IMG/VR virus record: IMGVR_UViG_3300028888_000047
Coordinates: 160,001 to 224,000 of that record
Direction: 5' to 3' (one strand)
Length of the DNA stretch: 64,000 nucleotides
DNA from: a virus
Taxonomy: Duplodnaviria; Caudoviricetes
Part shown: piece by piece, positions 24,574-35,272 of the stretch
Numbering within the stretch: position 1 is the stretch's first letter
Layout of the letters: each line of letters begins with the position of its first letter
The notes under the pieces: model-generated
Database searches by the model: none
The model's input: only the letters and a program-made list of their open reading frames with translations
Told to the model about the DNA's origin: nothing
Made by a program: the position numbers and the translations under genes

Positions 24574-26178
24574 TTATACCGTAATATAAGAAAGAATTTC
24601 TTGTCCAAGGGCAGTATTAATCATTTCCTCCATAGTAGGCTGCTTCTTTTCAACAGCTTCCTTTTCAGCCATTTCTCCACCAAGAAGTAGAGAAACAATA
24701 CTTCCATCAAAGCCACTAAAGAAATAACACCCGCTATTTTCAATTGTTGCAGGAACGTCTTGCGTTCTGCCTGTCACCTGCCACCAAATGAACTTCATAT
24801 CATCAACAAACTCCTTCGGAAACACCTCGTAAAATTCAGCCTTCATCCTCTCGTAGTTTGTCTCAGCATTACCATTCACAGGGTTAAATTGCATGTCTGA
24901 CACCACCAACAAGGTTTGTGGAAAATCTTTCAACGGAATTTCGGGATGTTCTTTTCTAATCCTAACAATTTCTTGAACAATGCTTTGGAAGTTGGTTCCG
25001 CCCCAGGCAGTTTTTGTGTTCACAATATCCGAAATCATATCACAGAATCCGCCTTCAAGCTGTTTAACACGTGATATATTATCGAACATAATGACATTCT
25101 TGTGGAATGCACCAGTATTGATTGTTGAGAAAAATACGCCAAGTGATATACAAATATCATAAGCTGTAATGTTTCCAACAACACTTGTGGTCATTGAACT
25201 GCTGGTGTCTAGAGCGCACCACACATTTCCAAGGATATTGCCATCTTCAACAGCCTTCTTAACAAGTTCGTCGAACTGCTTATCAATGGTGATTTTCTTG
25301 AACAATGGAAGATTGTTTGCCCTAGGGCTCCAACCACCTGACATAACCTCTTTTGCCAACTCATACACATAGCCTGTATACTTAACAGTTGGCTGTGCCA
25401 ATACCCATTCAGTATAACCCTTTTCAAGCTCATGCTTTGACAAGAACTTCTGCGAAGCAATCTTGCTAAGAGCACGTCCTGGAATAAGATTCCAATTAAT
25501 GTCCTTATAACGGCCACTACAAATAAGCTTTTGGAAATCGTGTGCTGTACCACTTGTCTTCAGCTTATTATAGTCCTTATAAGCCATACCGTTATAATTG
25601 GCATACTCACGCGCAAGTGAATTGGTAATTTGTGTCCAATCAGTTGTACACTTCGTATTGGTCTTAATACGAGGCATAAACTTCTTGATGAGCTCCATAT
25701 GAGCGCCACACTTCAGACCCTGATTAATAAGGTCAAAGATAACCTCATGATTGATGGCGTTTGTCTTAAATGTGATGTCATAGAACATCAATGTCCACAG
25801 GTCTTTCCATGAGCCTACCAATGGCAGAGCCCAAATATTCTTATAGAAAGAATCGGGCTGATTTACAGCAATCCACAATAGGCGCTTAAAGGCTTCATCA
25901 CGAACGCCTTGTCCTTTTTGTACCTTCTCGGTAACGTTGTCGTTATTGACCTTAACCTTACGTGTTACCATACGAAGGTAGAATGGGAAACGAAGAGCTT
26001 GTTCTGGATTCTCAATCCACAAAGCCTCTTGCTCCTTAAATACGGCGTTTATATCACGGCCTCGATAGTTTGCAGCCTTACCAAATTGGTCTACCAATAC
26101 GCTACCTGTACTCTTGTAACTTACAGCTCCATTCTCGGTTAGCGCAAAGTTGTTAAAATCGTACTTAAACTTTTCCAT
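24574..26178 (-). CDS. DUF2828 family (Ro60/TROVE-like helical ring + vWA) protein
   Basis: N-terminal TENGAVSYKSTGS, GQGVR, GSWKDL, KFMPR; vWA MIDAS DTSSSM, WGGTNF, VSDMQF, SGF. Confidence 0.85.
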   Translation of the reverse strand: MEKFKYDFNNFALTENGAVSYKSTGSVLVDQFGKAANYRGRDINAVFKEQEALWIENPEQALRFPFYLRMVTRKVKVNNDNVTEKVQKGQGVRDEAFKRLLWIAVNQPDSFYKNIWALPLVGSWKDLWTLMFYDITFKTNAINHEVIFDLINQGLKCGAHMELIKKFMPRIKTNTKCTTDWTQITNSLAREYANYNGMAYKDYNKLKTSGTAHDFQKLICSGRYKDINWNLIPGRALSKIASQKFLSKHELEKGYTEWVLAQPTVKYTGYVYELAKEVMSGGWSPRANNLPLFKKITIDKQFDELVKKAVEDGNILGNVWCALDTSSSMTTSVVGNITAYDICISLGVFFSTINTGAFHKNVIMFDNISRVKQLEGGFCDMISDIVNTKTAWGGTNFQSIVQEIVRIRKEHPEIPLKDFPQTLLVVSDMQFNPVNGNAETNYERMKAEFYEVFPKEFVDDMKFIWWQVTGRTQDVPATIENSGCYFFSGFDGSIVSLLLGGEMAEKEAVEKKQPTMEEMINTALGQEILSYITV

Positions 26179-26301
26179 ATGCTTTTTCTTAATCGTTATT
26201 TTTGCAAAGATACAAAAAATATTATTAAAAACAAAATTTTTTATGCAAAAAAGTGTTAATTTAAGGTAAAAAGATATTTATATATAAAATATTGTGATAT
26301 T

Positions 26302-26775
26302 ATGAATATTGATAAGATTATTACAGAAGAGATAAATAGATTTATAGATGAAGAAGTTCTTGTCGAAAAAAATAAGCACCATAAAAGCGAAAAAAATAAA
26401 GCAATTAGTGATATTTTGACGGGTAAAAAAGAACTAAAAAAGGGAAAGGTTAAGAAAAAAGATTTAGCTTCAACAAAGAAGAACGCTAAAAAATTAAAAA
26501 ATGGCCTTCGTACAGATTTTGATGCTAAGAAAGATAAAGAAACAAATCCAAACTTGAACAATCAAGATAGTGAGGATATTGCTAATGTAATTGACAGCCC
26601 ATTGGTTAATACTGCTGCTGTTGCTCATGAACTTCGCCCTGATTTAACTCCCGAAGGCGCTCAATCAGAATTGAGGAAGAAGGTTAAGGGTTTAAAGAGT
26701 GACAGTGGTTCTACTTATAAGCTTAAGAAAAAAGAAGCATTTAAATTGAATAGAATTTTATCAAAATATATGTAA
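26302..26775 (+). CDS. hypothetical late protein (KIITEEIN motif)
   Basis: 157 aa; upstream GATATTTAT; terminator at 26777-26803. Confidence 0.75.
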   Translation: MNIDKIITEEINRFIDEEVLVEKNKHHKSEKNKAISDILTGKKELKKGKVKKKDLASTKKNAKKLKNGLRTDFDAKKDKETNPNLNNQDSEDIANVIDSPLVNTAAVAHELRPDLTPEGAQSELRKKVKGLKSDSGSTYKLKKKEAFKLNRILSKYM

Positions 26776-26807
26776 TAAAAAAGGTGGATATTTGTCCACC
26801 TTTATTT

Positions 26808-27032
26808 TTATCTTTCCTTATAATTTTCTTCTAAGGTATACTCATTACTTTTTGAAAAAGGAAGCCCCCAATATCTAGATGGGGTGTTGGCAAACATACC
26901 CTCAACTTCATAAATTGTATAACCTTTATTCACTTCATCAACTTCAATAACTTTTGAAATGCATTTTTCTCCACGGACTATTTGAGAAATATAATCTCCT
27001 ACATTAAATTTCTGAATTTTATTTTTCGACAT
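26808..27032 (-). CDS. hypothetical protein
   Basis: 74 aa. Confidence 0.65.
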   Translation of the reverse strand: MSKNKIQKFNVGDYISQIVRGEKCISKVIEVDEVNKGYTIYEVEGMFANTPSRYWGLPFSKSNEYTLEENYKER

Positions 27033-27038
27033 AGTTTG

Positions 27039-28004
27039 TTAATTATTTAAAATATAGTTAATATTTTTCTTATATACTTCCCTCATACATTCTTTAGAAT
27101 CAGTTATAATTTGCCTAACTCTTTCCTTTGTAAGTTTTGTCCTATCTGCAATTTCAGAAACCGGGCATGGAGCATTATGTCTTTCTCCAATGCCAAAATA
27201 CATTTTGATAATGCTTTTATCTCTTTCTGAAAGTTCTCTCATAAGAGTATTAACAAGTGCTCCTAGATGTTCAAGTTCTGCTTTTGATTCATACTCATTA
27301 CTTGATGAGCTGTACGAATTAAACAATGACAAATGCCCTGCATTTGCGCCATCATTATCGCCGTCTCCATCAATAGGTTCATCTATCGATGATACTCTTA
27401 CGGTTAGAACATCAGCAGAATCTTTAATTTTAGCATTTGGGTAATGCTTATTAATGAACTCCATAAGTTCCTCGCTTGTTGGCTCTCTTTGAAATTCTTG
27501 AACAAACTTATTTGTCATGTTTGATATGACGTGGTAAGTTTTTGATTCATTGTTCTTTCTGATGAGCAGACCATCGTTTTGCCTAAACAGGTTAATTTTC
27601 TGTCTAATAAGATAGATTGCGTGAGTTTGAAATCTATTTCCAAGAGTGACATCAAACGTGTCTACGGCTTCAATAAGGCCAATATTTCCTTCATCAATTA
27701 GGTCAAGAAAATTGTTATTGGTAGCATATATTCTTGCCACAGAGATAACAAAGCGAAGATTGGAATTTATGATAAAATTCCTCAATGATTCAACTTCCTT
27801 TCTATATTTTGCAGACAGTTTAATATCTTTTTTTGCCATTGCCTTTTTAAGACATTCTTTCCCTTCATTGAGGGTCATAAAAAGTTCTTTCTCCCTATCT
27901 GCATCTATTACGTCATAATCACGTACTTCATTAAGATATTTCGTTAGTGTTTCAGTTCTTTCGAAATAGTTGTTTGTTGTTTTAAAATTAGGCGTTGTTG
28001 CCAT
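27039..28004 (-). CDS. RNA polymerase sigma70-family factor (RpoD/SigA-like)
   Basis: SNLRFVISVA, DLIDEGNIGLIEAV..FD, REPT.EEL, LTKERVRQI. Confidence 0.93.
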   Translation of the reverse strand: MATTPNFKTTNNYFERTETLTKYLNEVRDYDVIDADREKELFMTLNEGKECLKKAMAKKDIKLSAKYRKEVESLRNFIINSNLRFVISVARIYATNNNFLDLIDEGNIGLIEAVDTFDVTLGNRFQTHAIYLIRQKINLFRQNDGLLIRKNNESKTYHVISNMTNKFVQEFQREPTSEELMEFINKHYPNAKIKDSADVLTVRVSSIDEPIDGDGDNDGANAGHLSLFNSYSSSSNEYESKAELEHLGALVNTLMRELSERDKSIIKMYFGIGERHNAPCPVSEIADRTKLTKERVRQIITDSKECMREVYKKNINYILNN

Positions 28005-28009
28005 ATAAA

Positions 28010-28537
28010 TTATCCTTTCTTTTTAAGTATAACAATTGTTTTATTTCCATCGTCTCTTGGCTGAGATTCAGGTGTTGCAACATCTTCCAATAGCACGATG
28101 AATTCAAGTATTGAGCGTTTATTGTCGTCTCGCCTCATCAATTCTCTTCCCTTCATTGTCAAGGTAACTTTAACCTTATTACCATTTTCAATGAATTTTT
28201 TTGCATTATTGGCTTTTGTCTGCAAATCGTGTTCAGTAATATTAACTGACAGTTGTATTTCTTTTAAAGGCTTTGCTGATTGTTTGTTTTTCTTTGCGGC
28301 CTTTTTAAGTTCATACATCATTTTTTCATAAGATGCGATTTTAATTATAGCCGGGCTTGCTGATGGATTGATTTCAATTAAATCAAGTTGCATATCTTCA
28401 GCAATCCTTTTTGCTTCTGATAATGAAACAACTCTACTTTCAATTCCCTCACCAACTATGCGCACATCTTTATGCCCATATATTTCGTCATTAACACGAA
28501 ACTTTGGCGCATTAAAAACATTTTTGTTTTTTGCCAT
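28010..28537 (-). CDS. infC: translation initiation factor IF-3
   Basis: RVNDEI...DLIEI...KEIQLSVNITEHDLQTK...KVKVTL.MKGRE. Confidence 0.93.
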   Translation of the reverse strand: MAKNKNVFNAPKFRVNDEIYGHKDVRIVGEGIESRVVSLSEAKRIAEDMQLDLIEINPSASPAIIKIASYEKMMYELKKAAKKNKQSAKPLKEIQLSVNITEHDLQTKANNAKKFIENGNKVKVTLTMKGRELMRRDDNKRSILEFIVLLEDVATPESQPRDDGNKTIVILKKKG

Positions 28538-28842
28538 TAATTGTTTTGATTAATAATGTATTCTAATTTTTCTATTCTGCTTTTTATTTCCTTTAACTCA
28601 TCTTCTTTCAATGAAAGAAACATTTTCTCATAAGAAAGCTGTTGCTTAGCCTCTTCTACAGACATTGGCTTCTTCGCTTGTTCATCAGCTTTTATTTCGT
28701 TTTCTTCCATTTTACGAATAAACCTTTCAGCAACCTCTCCTTCAAGAATTGGCATTGGCTTAGAAAAGTCAGTATAAGCTAATGCTGTTGGTTCATCGTC
28801 ATAATCAGCAGCAAAGATACACTTTTTATTTGACATACACAA
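28537..28842 (-). CDS. hypothetical protein
   Basis: About 100 aa, coiled coil. Confidence 0.7.
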   Translation of the reverse strand: MCMSNKKCIFAADYDDEPTALAYTDFSKPMPILEGEVAERFIRKMEENEIKADEQAKKPMSVEEAKQQLSYEKMFLSLKEDELKEIKSRIEKLEYIINQNN

Positions 28843-28867
28843 ATATTTTTAGTTAAATGATGTTAAA

Positions 28868-29245
28868 TCATGATTCTTTCTCAAAAATCAACTCGTTGTC
28901 TTTAGCTTTATACACGCCTACCTCTAACCCACCTTTAACAACATATTGATGTATAAGAGCCTCTATATAATAGAGATTGTCAACAATGTATTTATGCAAT
29001 GATAGAATACGATTTGTATCTTCTTCGCTAAAGGCTTTTCCTTCCGGGTCATCTTCGGTGCCTTTGATTGCTCTATCATATATTCCCAAAGCCATTGCCA
29101 AATCTTCCATTAGCCCAAAGCCAATAGAATACATATGCGATGAGTCTATTGTTATTGTTTTATTATCAAACCCATTTTTTTCTTGTAGAAATATAATAGG
29201 TATAACTTTCAATAAATCTTCTGTAACTTCAATTCTTTTTATCAT
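28868..29245 (-). CDS. hypothetical protein
   Basis: 125 aa. Confidence 0.75.
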   Translation of the reverse strand: MIKRIEVTEDLLKVIPIIFLQEKNGFDNKTITIDSSHMYSIGFGLMEDLAMALGIYDRAIKGTEDDPEGKAFSEEDTNRILSLHKYIVDNLYYIEALIHQYVVKGGLEVGVYKAKDNELIFEKES

Positions 29246-29256
29246 ACTTGTAAAAA

Positions 29257-29862
29257 TTAATATCTAGCATGTCCATTATTTTTTATTCTTTCGTCCGCTT
29301 CTTCTTTTCTTTTTTTAACAGCTTCATAGTAAGCTTCCAAATCAATTTCTTTTAATTTCAATTCAGATATTCTTACTTTTTTCAATTCTTCAGAACGGCT
29401 TAACTGTACATAATCATATATGGTTAAATCAACATCTTTGATGGTATTCATAAAAATACCTATTATTTTATTTTTATCGCCATTTCCATCAAAATTACTG
29501 CCTCCTAATAATGTACAAGCAACTTTTTTCCCTTTATATAATATATTAACTAATTTAAGACATTTTTCAAGGGATTCATATTCCAAATAATCTTTTTTTA
29601 AATCCGGCCTAAAATTTCCTTTATTGATATATAATAGAGCGAATTTAGGTTTTCCTTCTTTTTCGCACTCAAGTATTGTTCCAAGTTTTGCCTCATCGCC
29701 ATATTTGGTTGACATGTTTTTATCCTGTACATATGGATAATTAAGCATTACTTTTCTTTGAAACCCTTGAGATAGATTACAATATATATTAGTTCCTACC
29801 AATATAACGTCATACTTATCTATGTCTTCGTATAAGTCAGTTCCTGTTGTTATTTTAACCAT
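29257..29862 (-). CDS. macrodomain-like (ADP-ribose binding/hydrolase) protein
   Basis: DLYE...DVILVGTNIYCNLSQGF...YP...KLGT...YESLEKCL...GGSNFDGNGD pattern. Confidence 0.6.
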   Translation of the reverse strand: MVKITTGTDLYEDIDKYDVILVGTNIYCNLSQGFQRKVMLNYPYVQDKNMSTKYGDEAKLGTILECEKEGKPKFALLYINKGNFRPDLKKDYLEYESLEKCLKLVNILYKGKKVACTLLGGSNFDGNGDKNKIIGIFMNTIKDVDLTIYDYVQLSRSEELKKVRISELKLKEIDLEAYYEAVKKRKEEADERIKNNGHARY

Positions 29863-29864
29863 AA

Positions 29865-30989
29865 TTATTCGTGTAATGGCTTAATAGTTTTCTTCACAAC
29901 CTTATTATAAACAGGTTCATCTGGTAATCCAGGTTCATTATATCCCGGTATTGCATTATCATTTTCGTAGCCTTCATCTTCCTCAACCTCTAATGGGTCT
30001 TCCTCATATATAGGATTACAAGCAGATTCTTCATCACATTTAGATTGTTTATCATAGCTATCCTTAAAACCTATTTTTCTTCCGTCATCCTCAGTAACTT
30101 TATAATGACCATTATGCTTTCTTGCTTTTTCTATTCTTTCGAACACAACATCTTCAGGTATATCATCAACATATATTCCTTGTATTGCTTCTTTAACAAA
30201 GTCAAAAGTAAAACCTTCTGTCTTTTCGACATACCTTTTTATGTCTTCTTTAACTTTGTCAGAATCCACATTAACGCCACCATCTTTAAGTTTATTGTAG
30301 ATATAATATTCCCTCACCTTTGCGTCTGGTTTCTTATATTCAAGAACAAGATTGAATCTACTTGGTCTACAAGTCCAACGCTTTTCAAGATTCTCCGGGT
30401 AATTGGTTGTGGCGATAGTTACAATACTATCAAGTTGTTCATTTCCATCCAACAATTGTAGTAAAAGGGCTGAATAGTATTCGTCTTTAGCCAGCCTTTC
30501 GAAATCTTCGATAATAGTTATTATCTTTCTATTAGGTTCTACTTGTCTAAACTTGCCCATTATCTTTGTATAATAGTCAAGTTCCCTTTGTGTATCAATG
30601 CAAACAATAATACCATTATATTTCTTAATTAACTCTTGGCACATTATGTTTATAAGACAAGTCTTGCCATTACCAGGAATTGAATATAACAATATATTTC
30701 TTTTATATACGCTTTGGAATTTTCTATATCTATCTTCAGATTTCCAAAAACGTTGTATGTCATCTACAATTACGTCTTTGGCTTCGTTTGGCAGTAAATA
30801 CAACTTTGGGGTTATAATTTTCTTTGGCTCAAGATAAAATTCGCCACTATATGAATCATGAGCCGGTTTATAAAATCCTGCAGGTATTGTTTTCACGGTG
30901 GCTTGCATTGGATAATATCCATCGCCTTTTAACTTGTATTGGCAATATGTGTTTTTGCCGTCGTTTTTTTTGTTATTAGAAATTTTCAT
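29865..30989 (-). CDS. AAA+ ATPase
   Basis: Walker A PGNGKT, Walker B IIEDFE, ATTNYPE, RPSRF. Confidence 0.9.
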   Translation of the reverse strand: MKISNNKKNDGKNTYCQYKLKGDGYYPMQATVKTIPAGFYKPAHDSYSGEFYLEPKKIITPKLYLLPNEAKDVIVDDIQRFWKSEDRYRKFQSVYKRNILLYSIPGNGKTCLINIMCQELIKKYNGIIVCIDTQRELDYYTKIMGKFRQVEPNRKIITIIEDFERLAKDEYYSALLLQLLDGNEQLDSIVTIATTNYPENLEKRWTCRPSRFNLVLEYKKPDAKVREYYIYNKLKDGGVNVDSDKVKEDIKRYVEKTEGFTFDFVKEAIQGIYVDDIPEDVVFERIEKARKHNGHYKVTEDDGRKIGFKDSYDKQSKCDEESACNPIYEEDPLEVEEDEGYENDNAIPGYNEPGLPDEPVYNKVVKKTIKPLHE

Positions 30990-31013
30990 ACTTGTATTTT
31001 TTAAAATGTAACA

Positions 31014-32093
31014 TTAACTAAAATTTTCTTCCTTCTTCAATTCTTCCAATAACTTCCTTTCATTATCGTTAATTTTCTTTGGCATTATAATTCTCACCTC
31101 ACCAAACATATCACCATATTCATTACTTCCATATTTAGGCATTCCATATCCGCCAAATCTCATTATATACCCATCTGACGTTCCACTTGGTATTTTCGCT
31201 TTAAGCTTTTTACCATTAATTGTTTCGACGGTTACTTCACAACCAAGTAAAGCATCAACCACAGGAACATCTATATATGTTTCAAGATTATTACCATCCC
31301 TTGTGAACTTTTCGTTTTCATTCTTGTCAAACAAATCTATCACAAGATTTCCAAATTGGCCTTTCATCTTGGATGGCGCATGACCAAATCCATGCACGGT
31401 TAACTGCATCCCTTGAAATGCTCCTTTTGGTATGTCAATTTCAACTTCTTGTACCGTATCACAAACACCATTTCCGCCACATTTTGGACATGGATTTGTT
31501 GTTACCTTTCCTGAGCCACCGCAATAATGACACGTTGTTATCTGTTGAAAAAAACCATTGTTTGAATATAACTTACCTGTACCGCCACAATGTTTACATC
31601 TTTCTACTTTACTATCTTTTGTTGTTCCATTTCCGCCACAAACTTCACACTTGTTATTTCTGTGATATTTGATTTTCTTCTTAATGCCATAATACATTTC
31701 TTTCAATGAAAGCCGCATCTTAAGCCTTATATTAGCTCCTCGTTGAACTATATTAACGTTATGGCTAAAACCTCCCATTCCGCCAAATCCAAAACTGTTT
31801 AAAATTTCATCAATGTTGAAATTGTTAAAATCAAAACCGGAGTTAAAGTTAACTCCTCCAGTCATTGGGTTGTCATATTCTTGCCTTTTTTTCTCATCAC
31901 TAAGAACTGAGTACGCTTCTGCTGCATCTTTGAATTTTTCCTCAGCTTGTTTATTACCCGGGTTTTTATCCGGGTGGTTCTCAAGGCAAATTTTCCTATA
32001 TTTCTTTTTTAATATTTTATTGAATTCATCACCAGATAATTTTTTTTCTTCATCGGTGATTCCTAATATTTCATAATAATTTTTATTATTCAT
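31014..32093 (-). CDS. dnaJ: molecular chaperone DnaJ
   Basis: HPD J-domain, four CxxCGGxG repeats. Confidence 0.96.
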   Translation of the reverse strand: MNNKNYYEILGITDEEKKLSGDEFNKILKKKYRKICLENHPDKNPGNKQAEEKFKDAAEAYSVLSDEKKRQEYDNPMTGGVNFNSGFDFNNFNIDEILNSFGFGGMGGFSHNVNIVQRGANIRLKMRLSLKEMYYGIKKKIKYHRNNKCEVCGGNGTTKDSKVERCKHCGGTGKLYSNNGFFQQITTCHYCGGSGKVTTNPCPKCGGNGVCDTVQEVEIDIPKGAFQGMQLTVHGFGHAPSKMKGQFGNLVIDLFDKNENEKFTRDGNNLETYIDVPVVDALLGCEVTVETINGKKLKAKIPSGTSDGYIMRFGGYGMPKYGSNEYGDMFGEVRIIMPKKINDNERKLLEELKKEENFS

Positions 32094-32527
32094 AGCTTAT
32101 GTATGTCATTAATATCTTTTTTAAACCCCCAACCATTTTCAAAATCAATTGGTTTGCTATTTACCAAAGAGATTCTAAAAATAGGTATTCTATTACCTCC
32201 TTCAGTAAACACATAAAATTTATCCAAATCAAAAATAAATAGTACAACTTTGTATTGAAATTCATATTTGTTGTCTGGTGTTCTTACTGTTATAACATCT
32301 CCTATATTAATTGAATTATTTTCCGCCCATTCGTATATGAATTCTTGTGGAATACCATTATACCCCCAAGACATAGCTTCTTTGTTGAAAATGCCATCGA
32401 TTTCATGCAAAAAACGAATTGGGCAATCATTCCAATGTTTAAGAATAGATAAATTTTGTTGCTTGTTAATTAATGAGTAATATCCTTTTTCTTTAAGATA
32501 CCTAAAAACCAAAGTTCCAAATCTCAT
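32090..32527 (-). CDS. hypothetical protein (LKEKGYY family)
   Basis: 145 aa; promoter box 6 nt upstream of the ATG. Confidence 0.7.
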   Translation of the reverse strand: MRFGTLVFRYLKEKGYYSLINKQQNLSILKHWNDCPIRFLHEIDGIFNKEAMSWGYNGIPQEFIYEWAENNSINIGDVITVRTPDNKYEFQYKVVLFIFDLDKFYVFTEGGNRIPIFRISLVNSKPIDFENGWGFKKDINDIHKL

Positions 32528-32643
32528 TTGTTACAAATATACACATTTTTTTCGAAAAAAAGAAATCTTTTTAAAAAATAGTTAAAGCTCCAAAACAGAA
32601 ATAACCATTTTGGAGCAAATAACTACCTATTTGTTAGTTTTCA

Positions 32644-34539
32644 TCATGATACCTCTTCAAAATCAGCATCTTGAACTTGATTATCAGCATCTACAGTACC
32701 TGTATTAACTGTATTATCTGTAGGCTGCTGTTGCGTCTGATTATTGGCGTACACCCTCTGAGAAACCTCGTTCCAAACGCTATTAATTGAAGTTTCCAAT
32801 TCGTTAATCTTGTTAACGTCCTTTGCCTTAACAGCATCCTTCAATTGACCAATAAAGCCGTTGAGCTTTTCCTTCTCAGAATCGTTAAGGTTATCCTTCT
32901 GCTCATCAATCAATTTCTCCTGAGCAAAAATCAATTGGTCGCCCTTGTTAACAGCATCAGCTATTTCTCTCTCCTTTTTATCAGATTCGGCATTAGCTTC
33001 TGCTTCAGCCTTCATGCGTTCAATCTCTTCCTTAGAAAGGCTACTTGAGCCTTCTACACGAATTGATTGTGCTTTACCTGTACCTTTATCGGTTGCGCTA
33101 ACCTCAACAATACCATCAGCATTAATCTTTATCTTAACTGCAATCTGTGGCACTCCCCTTTTTGCGGGTAGTATGCCGGTCAAATTGAATTTACCAATCG
33201 ACTTATTTTGACTTGCCATTGGTCTATTTCCCTGTAATAGATTAACCGTTACCTCCGTTTGGTTGTCTGATGCCGTTGAAAAAACTTCCTCTTTTTCACA
33301 TGGAATTGTTGTATTGGCTTCAATCAAAGTTGTCATAACCCCACCCATTGTTTCGATACCCAAGTTAAGAGGCGTTACATCAAGAAGTACAATATCGCCA
33401 ACTCCTTTTTCTCCACCAAGCACAGCACCCTGTATAGATGCGCCAATAGCAACAGCTTCATCAGGATTTACAGCCTTAGATGGCTCTTTGCCAAAAACAG
33501 ATTTTGCTGCTTCAACCACTTTAGGAATACGGGTAGAACCTCCAACAAGAATAACTTCGTCTATATCCTTTACATCAAACTTAGACAGCTCAAGAGCTTT
33601 CTTACACAACTCAACCAACCTGTTGTATAAAGATTCAGAAAGTTGTTCAAATTTTGCCCTAGAAAGAGTTACATTAAGATGTTTAGGAACTCCACCTACA
33701 GGTGCAAGATATGGAAGGTTAATATCGGTAGATGTAGCTGTAGATAATTCAATCTTAGCCTTTTCTGCTGCTTCCTTCAAACGCTGCATCGCCATAGAGT
33801 CATCACTAATATCTACACCCTCTTGCTTCTTGAATTCATCAATAAGCCAATTCACAATAACTTGGTCAAAATCTTCACCTCCGAGGTGAGAATCACCGTT
33901 TGTTGAAATCACCTCAAACACACCAGCGCCAAAATTGAGAATTGAAACATCTGACGTTCCTCCACCGATGTCATAAACAACAATATTCATATCCTTGTCT
34001 GACTTATCGATACCATATGCAAGTGCAGCTGCTGTTGGCTCATTTATGATACGCTTAACATTTAATCCTGCAATTTGACCAGCTTCGCTTGTTGCCTTAC
34101 GTTGGTCATCATCGAAATATGCAGGTACTGTGATTACAGCCTCAGTTACTTCATGACCAAGGTAATCTTCTGCTGTTTTCTTCATCTTTTGAAGAATTGT
34201 GGCAGAAATCTCCTGTGGTGTATATTTTCTGTCTTCAATGCTTACACGTGGATAACCACCTTCATTTACAACATCATAAGTCACACGCTTAGCTTCTTTT
34301 TCAGCCTTATCATATGTAAGACCCATAAAACGCTTAATAGCATATACAGTGTTTTTTGGATTGGTTATTGCTTGCCTTCGTGCCGCATCACCGACTTTTC
34401 TTTCTCCTTTTGAAAAACCAACAACTGAAGGAGTTGTACGATTACCTTCGCTATTAACAATTACTGTTGGCTGACCGCCCTCAAATACTGAAACGCAGCT
34501 AGTGCTAGTTCCTAAATCGATTCCAATTACTTTTCCCAT
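32644..34539 (-). CDS. dnaK: molecular chaperone DnaK
   Basis: [34 protein letters not shown]. Confidence 0.98.
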   Translation of the reverse strand: MGKVIGIDLGTSTSCVSVFEGGQPTVIVNSEGNRTTPSVVGFSKGERKVGDAARRQAITNPKNTVYAIKRFMGLTYDKAEKEAKRVTYDVVNEGGYPRVSIEDRKYTPQEISATILQKMKKTAEDYLGHEVTEAVITVPAYFDDDQRKATSEAGQIAGLNVKRIINEPTAAALAYGIDKSDKDMNIVVYDIGGGTSDVSILNFGAGVFEVISTNGDSHLGGEDFDQVIVNWLIDEFKKQEGVDISDDSMAMQRLKEAAEKAKIELSTATSTDINLPYLAPVGGVPKHLNVTLSRAKFEQLSESLYNRLVELCKKALELSKFDVKDIDEVILVGGSTRIPKVVEAAKSVFGKEPSKAVNPDEAVAIGASIQGAVLGGEKGVGDIVLLDVTPLNLGIETMGGVMTTLIEANTTIPCEKEEVFSTASDNQTEVTVNLLQGNRPMASQNKSIGKFNLTGILPAKRGVPQIAVKIKINADGIVEVSATDKGTGKAQSIRVEGSSSLSKEEIERMKAEAEANAESDKKEREIADAVNKGDQLIFAQEKLIDEQKDNLNDSEKEKLNGFIGQLKDAVKAKDVNKINELETSINSVWNEVSQRVYANNQTQQQPTDNTVNTGTVDADNQVQDADFEEVS

Positions 34540-34566
34540 AACTAAATTATATTTTTTTAAAAAAAT

Positions 34567-34851
34567 TTATTTTCTTATTAATTCGTTATATTTTTCAAGC
34601 AATGTCTTATATTCATTACTTTCTATTATATCTCTTTTTGCTTTTATAAGGTCATCAAGTAACCTGTCATTTTCTAATTTTAACTTTTTCTTTTCATCTT
34701 CTAATCTTTTTATTTTTTCATTACTTCTTCTTAATTCTACATTTTTGAACTGAATGGATTCGTTAGCAATCCTTAGTTCTCTTCTTTTCTTGTCAAGTTC
34801 CTTTGACTCTTTTTTGAAAAGATGTTTAAAAATATATTCTCTAAGTTTCAT
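34567..34851 (-). CDS. hypothetical coiled-coil protein
   Basis: 94 aa. Confidence 0.7.
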   Translation of the reverse strand: MKLREYIFKHLFKKESKELDKKRRELRIANESIQFKNVELRRSNEKIKRLEDEKKKLKLENDRLLDDLIKAKRDIIESNEYKTLLEKYNELIRK

Positions 34852-35080
34852 GAATTAAAACATATCTTTCACATAATTTACCGTCTTTATCCTTATAAGG
34901 CATTGATGAGCCTCCTCCGAACACAAGCCTTACAATTCCGTTGTTTAAGTGATATTCCTTTGCAATTTGTTCCTTTACGCTATTTAAGCCAACAAATGCA
35001 ACCTTAAATGTACCATCATCCTCTTCTATTATTATATTATAACAAGGATTTGGTTCTTTGCCGTATCTGTACACTTTCAT
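34841..35080 (-). CDS. hypothetical protein
   Basis: 79 aa. Confidence 0.7.
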   Translation of the reverse strand: MKVYRYGKEPNPCYNIIIEEDDGTFKVAFVGLNSVKEQIAKEYHLNNGIVRLVFGGGSSMPYKDKDGKLCERYVLIHET

Positions 35081-35272
35081 TTCAAATATCGTGCCAAAAT
35101 TAATTATCTGCCATTTTGTCAGTTTATTTTTAACATATATTATTTTTTTATGTCATATTCAAACTGACAATTTGTCATACCTTATATATTATAATACGCA
35201 TTTTCCACAAAGATACACAAAAAACGTGGAATAACCAAATATTCCACGTTAAACTTTGTTAAAACTATACAA

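Noticed and set aside
33263-33889. 208-aa + strand ORF and the many other antisense ORFs in the track
   Set aside because: Shadow frames of well-supported minus-strand genes such as dnaK
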